Below are positions 53,111-64,000 of a DNA stretch of 64,000 nucleotides, one piece after another. A program made the position numbers and the translations under genes. Position 1 is the stretch's first letter. Every line of letters starts with the position of its first letter. Source of the DNA: the human T2T-CHM13v2.0 reference genome, Homo sapiens. The DNA lies in assembly GCF_009914755.1 (NCBI RefSeq), contig NC_060928.1; one strand, 5' to 3'. Under the pieces are notes generated by a model. It did not search any database. It saw only the letters and a program-made list of their open reading frames with translations, and was not told where the DNA came from.

Positions 53111-55349
53111 TTTAATTTTTTTTAATGTCATATGTCTAAATGGATTAACCAAACTATTTTGTGGGAGGGAAAGTAAAACTTCAATTTACAGAACGGGGTG
53201 TGATATCTGTCAGACTCGATCAGATGGGCCACTGATATGAACAAAGAATTTAGGAATCACCTTCTAAAATCGAAATAATGGCCCACTTTTAACCTCATCC
53301 CTGAAGGGACTTACAGTTTATTTCATTTCACATACACTCATTTGGGAAAAGAGAATGGCACTGGTGATGGATTTCCATGTCAGAGGGCACCTAGTGTTGC
53401 TTTTTAGAGCAGGAATTCTGATGTGAGATCGTTCTAGCTCTACAGGGGTCATGAACAGTCCTAGGGCACAATGTCACCACCAGGTGGGCTTCAGATCCAT
53501 TGATCCTTTCAGGTATGATTTCCCTGGATACATGTTGGGAATTGTCACTAAAGGAACTCACTGCATGCACCCAAGCCACAACACTAACCACCACTACAAC
53601 CACATCCTAAAGAATGACTATAATATCATTCCTTTTCCTGCTTACCTCTACTACTAAGAATGACTTTATCTAGATTTGGAGACTAAAATATCTGCCATCA
53701 TTTCAGAGAATAGCCAGAGCTCTTTGGACTCCCTACTTTAAACTGGATAGGCTTTAGCTCTTAAAAATCAACAACCCAACACCACACACTATGGGCAGAT
53801 ACAGTCTTTTCACTGTGAAAGATAGTGGGAAAAAAAAAAGAAGAAAGAGAAGAATCACACTCTCATGGATTTTTGTATTTTTACCTTAATGGAATGATTT
53901 TCACATTTCACCTCTTGGCAGCAATCCATGCATGTTCTAAAACTGTACCATCAACATCAACACACAGGCCTCTAAGCAGGGAGTAATACACAGGAACCCA
54001 TAAGAAATAAGGTGAGTGAGTCATTGAATTCACTGAAAAACATCTGAAAATGTCCCTCTGAGAAAGGACTTAGTATCAACATTTAGATTTTATATCTAAA
54101 TGATTCCCAATATTCTTGTCAATTCTGCATGGTCAGGTTAAACAGAACTAGTGGATTTGGCTGTCAATACTCTAAGAATTTTTGTCTGTTTTGCTCTTGT
54201 CTAACCTACCTAGACATACTACATTACTATCATCCCAAATAAGTATAGAGTTTAGAACAAGTCCCGATCTTTGAAACACCCACATTACTGTTATTTACTT
54301 AAAATTCACTTCCACACTTACTGAATCTGTACAGCTCTGTGTTCACCATATCCCATTAAGCACTCATACACTTAGTATTAGTAAATTGGTCCCTCTGGGA
54401 ATCTAAACTTAGGCACACATAAACACTACATCTTGGAATTCATAATTCTTTCATAATCACCTCCCATTTGGCATCTGTGAACTCACAAAGGCAAATTTCC
54501 TCAGTAAAGATCTGTTCTGAGTCCAATATTTACATAAACAATTTCTGTTTGGAGTGTAGGTTTCTTCATGCACCAATAAACTCTCCATCTATGTTGGTCT
54601 CTAAATTTCATGTTACATAAATTTTAGCACTACAGAAATACTTCAAGCAATGTTCACCATTTTCTCAGCACAAAAAGTCATGTAGACACAGTCTAAGAAG
54701 GTGTTTTGTGCATTTTTAGTGGAATAAATATAAGTACAATTTGAATTGTAGGTATAATTTGAGTTGCAGGAATAATTGAAGCTTTTTTTATGTTGCCTTC
54801 ATCCTGAGGCTTAAATGTCTTTGGGAGTTGGGACTATTTACGTACTCAGTTCATAGCCCAGCAAATACCCACTGAATTAACTTTAGTCAACCTGAGTTTG
54901 TTTCATTGTAAAATAAGTAAGTACAATTTTGATTTATCAGTCAAAATGGGACTTTGACTCTGTGTTCTTCTTTTAAGGGTATGCCCACTACATGCTTAAA
55001 TTCTCTGCTTATTGAATCTTTACTTATTCAAAAGAATAATGCACAACAGTCCTTTGGTTTAATAAAGCTAGCACACATGAGTGCAAATAGGTTTTGCCTT
55101 TGTAGAAAGTAACTTATCCAGATAAATTAAAAGGTTTTTTTTTTTTTTTTTCTAAATACATACCCTTTGGCTCAAATTTATACAGAAGGGTTTATTTTAA
55201 AGGAAACAATTTGAGGGATTTAAGGATATTTGTAAAGGATATTCATGTGACATTGCCTGTAATAGTTAATAAAATGGTAAAACTGCAAGATCTATCAATA
55301 GGTAATTGGGTGAATCGGTTGTGGAACATCCATGCAATGTGGACATGCA

Positions 55350-56025
55350 ATCATGCTTCCCCCTCTAGAAAGTGAAATGTAACTCCTCAACCCTTAAGTG
55401 TGAGCTGTATTTAGTGACCTATTTCTAAAAGTACCTTATGAAATGGGGGATAAGGAGTGACTGTGCAGTGGAGAACCCTGGCACCCATGACCTCCGGTGA
55501 TCAAAGTTAACATCATCATAAATCTTGTTGATAGCATGTCTTCTTGACATGATATGTTGAGAATAGCATTTCACCTCTGTGGCCTTGCTCCCCAAAACCT
55601 ATAAATCCAGGCTAACCATGAGAAAAACATCAGACAAATCCCAATAGAGGCATATTCTACCAAATACCTGACTAGTGCTCCTCAAAACTGTCAAGATCAT
55701 CAAAAAACAAGGAAAGTCTGATAAACTGTCACCACCCAGAGAAGCCTATGGAGACATAATGATTAAATGAAATGTGGTGTCCTAGATGGGATCCTGGAAT
55801 AGAAAAAGGACATTATAGAAAAACTAAGGAAATCTGATTAAAAGTAGAGTTTAGTTAATAGTCATATATCAATATTGGTTCATTAGTTGTGACAAGCACG
55901 CCACAGTAATAAAAGATATTAAATTAGGTGACACTGAATACAAGGCATATGGGAATTCTCTGTACTTTCTTAACAACTTTTCCATAAATCTAAAAAGATT
56001 CTAAAATAAAAAGTTTATTTGAAAG
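55350..56025 (+). mobile_element. L1MC/L1MD-type 3' UTR fragment
   Basis: gtggagaaccctggca...gatcaaagttaacatc...catgagaaaaacatcagacaaatcccaa...gatgggatcctggaatagaaaaaggacatt...ctaaaataaaaagttt. Confidence 0.85.
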
Positions 56026-56312
56026 AATGCAGTCATGCACAATAATGATAAATAAATATGTGGACCCCCTCCTGATTAGGGTAGGTGCTACTCTGTCCTC
56101 CAAAGCACCCTGAACTTCTCCCATCATAGAGCACAGATCCCACGTATTTACCTACTTGTCTCCCTCCAGCTTCATTAGGGCAGAGGCTAACACTGTTCTG
56201 TGTAAAATCTCCTAACACTACATAACACCGACCAGGTACTTAACATCTGTTAAATAAATGAGTGTATCGTTATGTTCCCAAGTGAAAACAAAATCAGATT
56301 CCAAAACACTGT

Positions 56313-56696
56313 TGATATGGTTTGGCTGTTTCCCTACCCAAATTTCATCTTGAGTTGTACAACAGTTCCCAGAGTCCCCACATGTCGTGTGAGGCACCTG
56401 GTGGGAGGTAACTGAATCAGAAGGGCAGCTTCCCCCATCCTGTTCTCATGATAGTGAGTTAGTTCTTATGAGATCTGATGGTTTTAGAAGGAGCTTCCCC
56501 CTTTGCTAGGCACTCATTCTTCTCCTTGCTGCTGCCGTGTAAAGAGGGATGTGTTTGCTTCTCCTTCTGCCATGACTGTAAGTTTCCTGAGGTTTCCCCA
56601 GTCATGCCGAACTGTGAGTCAATTAAACCTCTTTCCTTTATAAATTACCCAGTCTCAGGTATGTCTTTATTAGCAGTGTGAGAATGGACTAATAAA
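56313..56696 (+). mobile_element. THE1 (C/D-like) MaLR solo LTR
   Basis: tgatatggtttggctg...ctgtgagtcaattaaacctctttcctttataaattacccagtctcagg...gaatggactaata. 5-bp TSD actgt at 56308-56312 and 56697-56701. Confidence 0.93.
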
Positions 56697-58558
56697 ACTG
56701 TGTACCTTGCTCTATCACCTATTAGCTATATGACCTTGGGCAAGTAACTTCACAGCGCTGAGCCTCAGCTTCCTGATCTTTAAAATAAAAATAGTCATTG
56801 CACATATCTCATAGGGGCTAGTATGTATAAAGCCCATAGAATAGTGCCAGGTACATTATAATCCCTCTATCTCTGTCTCTGTCTCTCTCTCTCTCTCTAT
56901 CACTCAGATGGAGCAATAAAAAGTCTATATTAGAACTTATACACCTAACATGAACAATATTTGCCATTTTAAGATTTATCTTTTCAATTATTTTAAATTT
57001 ATTTTTGCTTATCTTTATGCATACATTTTAGGTACCAAAAATATATTATACTTATTAAAAACATTAATGAAAAAGAAAATAAATAAACATGCATGCATAT
57101 ACACCCAAGCCACATAACCCAGATACGTAGTATACTGTTCTGTTCCCCAAGGAATAGAATTTACCATGCAGCTGAGAGACAAGGGAAAAAAACCAGTGCT
57201 GAGAAGCTGAAGAACCACTTAGTAAAGCAATAGAAGAGATGCCTTAAAAATGCCTCTGATGAGCAGACAAGTGACCAGAAGAAGCAATCATGAGGACAGA
57301 ATTTGAGAGAAAGGAAAGAATAAGGCTCTGAGATGACAGCTGGGCCTAGAGAATAGGAAGTTGAGTAAGCGGGGAGGGTGATCTTAGCAGGAGGGACGGC
57401 ATGAGCAAAACCACAGCACTGAGGAAGCCAGGGGCAGATAGTGTGATAGGCACAAAGCCTGCCTTATAGATCTGTCCATCAACCTGGGTCTTTTCATTAT
57501 CCCCAAGTTTGTTTTTTGAAACCTCCTGATTAATAAAGCCCTCACCAAACCTTGGTAACTTGCTACCGTTGCAAGGAAAGAGGAACAAAAGAACAAAAGA
57601 AGCCTAACCTGATTTCTGAGTTTGTATTTCCAATGCCAGTGACTCACATGTCATCATGGCCAGCCGCATGTGACCTGCAGATGTGAGTCACAAAAGGCTA
57701 GAGATTCAGAACTGGTGCAACCCAGAACAGCTGGAGGTGGACACAAAGCGACAGGCCGGACCCTCCCTCCTCCCCAGGGCAGAATCCGCTGTCTCTATAT
57801 CATAATTTTGCATGAATATCTTTAAGATACCATGGTCCCAGACAGAGTAGGGGCAAAGCACAGGGAATGAATCTCACTTCATTAGCCTCACAACACATCA
57901 CAGGGTATATATTCTCTCCCTTTCCCCCAAAACAGAGCACCCATTTTGTCTACCAACAGAAATTATAGACTTTTAAAAATAGATTTTGCCAAACAACCAT
58001 GTGGGCAAATGCTGACTTGCAGTCTGGGAGATATCTCTTCGTCAGGCCCAGCAAGATTAAAGCAGGTTCTATTTTCATAGAGAGAGAGCCTCAAATGAAA
58101 GCACAAGAAAGAAATTCACTTCTTGTCGACATCAAGCAGTGCCCCTCACTAGCCAAGGCTGGGCTGGATCTAACAATTGCCAAAGAGCCGTACGCAGATT
58201 CAGAGTGGCTTCCGCTTGAAGAATGGCCTCGCGCTGCTACAAATCCAGGACAAGAGGATTTCCCAGTGCCCAGCTCAAAGGACAGAAAAATTCTTTCCTA
58301 CTCTGGTGTGCCAGGAACTTGACAGTAGAATAATATTAGTAGGAAGAACAGCAAAGGTACAGTGCAACCCAGACATGCAAGAAAGAAAGGAGGACAGGAA
58401 TAAATCCTGCTACCAAAGTGTAGCAGATTGTTTGTTATTTTTTATCTATTTGGTTCTCCCTCACATCCTAGGATGGAATTTATCCTTCAAGCTTCAAGTC
58501 TGAAAGTAGTTTTCAGGGGCAAATATTTCTTTCTTGGTGGGGAGATGAAAATATATGT

Positions 58559-58596
58559 ACACACACACACACACATACACACACACACACATACAT
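58559..58596. repeat. (AC)n microsatellite
   Basis: An interrupted AC run, read directly. Confidence 0.9.
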
Positions 58597-58979
58597 GTAT
58601 GTAACCATTGTCATTAACTGCTACAAAGATGGTATTTTTTAATATTCTCATGGTACCTCTGGTGTAAATATCTCCTTAGAACAATCAAACTGAACCCACA
58701 GAGCCCAATCATGCACTATCTGCCTCTGGCAGGTTGGTACGAAATTTGATTTGTACTAATCAGCCCCTGGCTATTGAAGCATGTAGTATACTTAATGTGA
58801 CAATTCTCTGTCTTACAATATCTACTGTCCCCCCACTGGAGGTTCCCTGGTGCTAGCTAACTGGGAGCAATCACCTCACTGAGAGAATTTGATATAAAGA
58901 AGGGTCAGGTTCAAAGCCCAATAATAATGAAGATGACAATGATGATTCCACGAGTACTGATACAAAACCTAGCAATGAA

Positions 58980-59099
58980 TATATATTGTGTGCCTACTGT
59001 GTGCCAAGCACTATAGTAAGTGCTTTACATAGATTAGCTCATTTTACCCTCAAAATAATCCTGTAAGGCAGATATAATTATAATCATTGTTATATAGTG

Positions 59100-59130
<31 letters not shown>

Positions 59131-59250
59131 GGTGATGGAGAAAATGGAGACTTAAAGAATTTTATCAGTCTGCTCAATGTCACGCTGCTGGTAAGAAGTG
59201 AAGCTAGGATTTGAACTGGGCAGTGTAACCCCAGAACCTGCATCTTCATC
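58980..59250 (-). mobile_element. MIR with an internal (TA)n run (59100-59126)
   Basis: tgcctactgtgtgccaagcact...gtgctttacatagattagctcattt...ggatttgaactgggcagt. Confidence 0.8.
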
Positions 59251-62200
59251 CACCCCTCAAGCTCATACTCATATCCTCCTCAAGGATATCTGCTCTTGCC
59301 CTACTCTCTGAAGCTTGTTGACAACGCTTTACTGCAGACAGAAAACCAATAGCCACTAAATCAAGACGTGGCCCCTCTGTTTCACAGCCGTTAGATGTGG
59401 AGACTGCACTCCATGGAGATCATGCTTCTCCATGCCCAACACAAGAGCTGACATCCTCAGGTTCCTGGCTTTGTCCATTGCACCCTAGGCATGTGGCCAC
59501 CTGTTAGAGCAGGCTTGCAGAGAGGAGCTCCATAATTGCCAATGTGGGAGGCAGAGAGTGGGCACAGGGAAATTATATGGTTTTTCTTCCTCCCTGCTGT
59601 CCTAGGCTCCATATTGCTTTTTCTCCATCTCAGAAGCTCAGCAGGAACCGTGGAACCAAGTGGGGACATGAAAGCCCAGTCCTTCCTGGTTATGACAGTC
59701 CCTCAGGAAGAGCTTTCTTATTGTGCCACTCAGCTTAAGTTTCCATTTGGGAAAGACAGCTCTGTGTTCGCATGCCTTCTGAATTCTTATCAGCCAAGAA
59801 TGCAGCCACACTCTTCTCCGACTGCAAACCTCTGTTCTGGAATGACTGCTCTTCTTTTACTTTTAAATTCATTCATCTATTCAACAAATGTTTACTGAGT
59901 AGGTCCCAGGAACCATGTGGTTGGGATACATGATGAATAAAACACCGTTGCTTCCCTCAAGGGGCTCAGCATTTAGCAGAAAATACAAAACCATTGTTCC
60001 TTCCTCTAAAAATATATATTAATTTTCTTCTATGTAATACTATTTGTCTACATGGGAAGAAAGGAGGGAGCAGGAGGGAGGCAGGAAGACAACAAGGCAT
60101 TTACTAAGACTCCTGTGTCATGCTTCCTGTCATAGATGCTTGACATATATTTCATCCTTTCTACAGTTCTGAGAGGCAGGTACTGTAACTCCCATTTTTA
60201 TAGCCTACTGAGGTAGAGAGAGGCTCAGCAACATGTTTCTCAAGGCAATGAAACCTTTGGTTTCTCTCTAGGAGGCCCTTTGGGCTGAAATCTCACTGGA
60301 AAAGGAAGTACTTAGAGACTTGGTCTTGAACTTGAATTTGCAGAGCGAGCTCATTGTCCTTGCCTAGGGACACCACACATCCCAGTGTGCTCCGAATAAT
60401 TCCACTTCATGCCTGTGGTCCCTAAGTAATTATTACAAACGCCTCTTTTCATTCTCAAATGTCCCATTTTTATGATAAATTATATGATCACTCTGTTTTC
60501 ATTTCAATTTTACTTTCATTTGAGGTGGCATGGAGAGGCCTGATGGACTTTGTTGGAACTAAAGTATTTGTTTCCCAAGCCAGCCCTTAGGAGTGCTCAG
60601 ATCTAAAAGGCTAGTGACCAAACTGAATGGGCTTCTTCCTCAAATTATCAGACTCTGAATCCAGTGCTCTTTCCCTTAGCACCTATGAGAATCATAACTG
60701 GATGTAGACTTAGAATTTAACTCTTAAACCATGTTACTCTCTATTTGCCTAAACTAGTTTTCTTCTTCATTTTTCAAGTCACAAGGCAAATGGATAGCTT
60801 CATAGCACAGCACTGATTCAATGAAGATCATTAATGAGTTAGCTGCCCATTATTAGGAAATCAAAATACAGATCAATTAACAGACCACTCAGAAACTCAA
60901 GGAGTTTGAGTATGTATGTACTACATACATAGATGAAGTACAATATTACCTTCCTGCAAAACATGTCAACGTAATTTCTAATTTTTAAGGCACATTTGGA
61001 GTAACATGCACAAAAGAAACAAAGAAAACATAACGACACTTGCAACCATCGATTCTCTCTGTGCTGGGCTGTTCCATTATGGAAGTCCCACAGCACCAAG
61101 CACAGCACTAAATTACGTAGAGGTAGCGGCTGGCTATAGCTGCCAGCCAGCTTTCAGCAACATCCCCCATATGGCTAGGAACACTTGTGCCAGTTAATTA
61201 GCACTGGCATTAATCGAGAGAAGGAACATTGACCAGGACATCGAGGTTATCCTTAGACTATTTAAATACGTCATGTGATCACTCGTTCCATCTGTTATCA
61301 ACATACTTCACAGTTAATCCAGTAAATAAACTCCCAACCATTTTAAGCAAATGGATTCCATTTTGCCAGGCCTCTGTAGACTTTGCAAATCTCAAGATGT
61401 CTTCTTCCTCTAGAACCTACATTGTGAGGTGCCACAAGGTTCAATGACACAGCCTGATGTGAATTCAAGGACAAGAGCCACCCCTTCCCCCACAATCTAT
61501 GAAACTCTGAGGCAGTATCCACAAGTGGTGGGGGAATAAAAACAAGCACATGCCATCACTCATTCAAATGCATATTTTTCACTTTGCAGCTACCCTACAA
61601 ATCTGCCTTGTTTTCTTTCCTTGCTCAGAATTCTGCTGAAAGCACATAGAAAATAAAGCCTATTATTCAAATTAATTTCATCGTGCACTAAAAATGTGGC
61701 TGAGTTTAGATGGAAACCCATTTTAAAAGTGCTCTCCTCTGAAATGGATGATGCCTGGCAAGGTATAAAGCACTTGGGCACTTAGAAAGGCAGATAGGAA
61801 ATAGCCTAATCTCAAAACACTTCATCGGCAAATTGACTCATCATTAGGTATAGACCCAAAGTAGATTTCAAATCCACTCTCTAGAAAGGTATATACCCCA
61901 TACATCTTCAAGAATACTGATATAAATCTTCCCTGAGAATCTTATTATCGTTGATAGAGTGTTCTCTTGCCCTAAGAGAAGTTATATTCATTATCTCATC
62001 AATCTCTAGCATTTCTGTACCCACCTCCTCTATAAACTTCCTTCCTCTCCAACCCTATCTCCCAAACCAACTCCTGGTAAATTGACAAAAAGGTACATCA
62101 TTTGCCCAATACACAAGATGGCCTTTAAAGGAAGACCAAAACCTCATCAAAGCTGCAGGAGGTAACAAGCATCGGTCGATGCAAGTAAAAGTAATAAACC

Positions 62201-64000
62201 TGATCATGATGAAGCCTCTCTCAGTGCTGAAAGGTATCTTGTAATGATTTATAGAAAACACTGGAACTGACTCAGGAATACCAGGGTTCAAATCCAGCTT
62301 CCTCCAAAATGGTTACCTTTAGAAAATTATTTGATCTTTGCTTGCCATAAGTTAACAATTAAGATCCCACCTCAAGAGTGGATGTAAGGATCCTGTGTGA
62401 CAATGGACATTGTTATTACCATCTTTCTTGCTGTGGACTTGGTGTGAGTGATAATCGTGGTTAGTTCTCTTCCTTACACTTCATGTAAAACATATTACTT
62501 AATCTGCCCTTTAGTCTTAACAAAAAGTACAACTTACACTTTCAGGTAGTTTAGTGTGATGAAGCAGACACTTACTGGTCTAATTTTACCCCAAGCACAG
62601 GGAAAACCCAAAAGTCATCTCAGGAGCCAATTAATCAGAGAGAGATAATTAAATTTTACACATTGGACTAAGTTTTAACTAGGACACTAAGGCTACCTTG
62701 AGGATTACGTAGTCCTCTCTGCTTTGGGGGAAATGCAATTTTTGCAATTACACAATTGTTCAGTTCAACAAATACTTATTGACGATTTGCTACATGCCAG
62801 AGCCTGCACACTCTGGATACTAATAAGAATTAGACCCTCTCTCTGACTTTGAAAGACCCCCCAGTCCAGTAGGTTGAGTCAAACACACGGATTTTGATGT
62901 ATAAATGATAACACAGAGGTACACAGGGAATTGGGGGATGGTTTCCTATGAAGAATGCTGGGACCAAGCCAAGTAAGTAAGAGTTACATGCATGATGAGA
63001 AGTGGGAAGGGTATGCCAGGCAGAGGGAACAGCACAAACAAACCCTATAAGTGTTTATACAGGGAGCTACATGTTGGTCATTTTTACTAGAAAATAAACA
63101 TAAAAGAGCAGAGTCTGGAACATGAGGCTAGGGAGTATGAGAAACAACTCACCCATGAATAGGAGATATAATGCCATGCATTACCAAAGGATTCTTTCCT
63201 TTCCCAGCAATTCATCCCATGGTTTTTATTAAAGATCAAAACACACAAGAAAAATGTGTTCCAGTTTGTAAAACCCAAATGTATAACAGATTTCAAAGAA
63301 AATGTCCATTACCCAAATGAGGAACAGCAGGATACATGAATGTCAGGGATGAGAGTCTCAGGAGAGCCTTTGGCTAAAACTCACAAAAACCTACATCTGA
63401 GTTAGATGAAACATTCAGAGCTTAACCATCCCTCTCCTAAACTCTTCAATTTATTGACTTCAGTAATTTGAGGTCTCTCAATCTAGAACCCATTCATGAA
63501 AAATAAGTTCTCTTCCCTCTGCCCTACCAGAAAAGCGTTTACTTTCACTTCCAAGACGTTTCAGGAGTCTAATGATCATATTCATTCATCAGTGATATGT
63601 GTAAATATTTGAACAGTTATTAATGAAAGCTCATGATGAAAGGTAGTTGTTCATCTGGAAAGTGTCTGTAGATTGAATGATTCTGTTTATAACTTGCGTT
63701 CATTTCCTCCCACTTCCCCATCATATTTACTGCGTGGGACACCCTGGCCCACGGTCACTCTGTGTGTTCTCTTCCTTGTTCCGATTGAGGCTATTGTACA
63801 AACCAAAGTCTGGAGTACAACTTTAAATGCCATATTGCATTTTATTCTTCTCAGAATCTACCACTAGAAGAAACTCTTGGGTTCGTAGCCTCATAGGAGT
63901 CTCTAAAAAAGAATCCAAAACACAAAACTACACATTTAAATCATCTGAAAGAGAAAACAGGTCACAGTGATAGTTTACCCTTTATTCTTTTCTCCCCACT

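Overview
This window is human (primate) genomic DNA: AT-rich, CpG-depleted and dense in Alu, MIR, L1, L2, MaLR and DNA-transposon fossils. It holds the 5' end of PPARGC1A (PGC-1alpha) on the minus strand. Canonical exon 1a encodes MAWDMCNQDSESVWSDIE (1715-1662), and its promoter carries a palindromic CRE, an E/M-box, forkhead sites, a MEF2 site and a DR1/PPRE. The alternative promoter lies about 14 kb upstream, with exon 1b (MLGLSSMDSILK) and exon 1c/1b' (MLL). The remaining ~48 kb is non-coding upstream DNA, which from established knowledge is also intronic to the far-upstream CNS isoforms. No ORF in the supplied track is a credible gene, and I see no new gene system. The best leads are regulatory: (1) splice-donor choice in exon 1b/1c switches which upstream AUG is in frame, allowing a possible 33-aa N-terminus; (2) a MER91-derived CTCF-like site sits between the two promoters; (3) a ~265-bp segment of the promoter is duplicated locally; (4) a cryptic acceptor could make exon 1a a hybrid exon; (5) several motif-dense candidate enhancers. 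Repeat families and boundaries were read by eye and are approximate.
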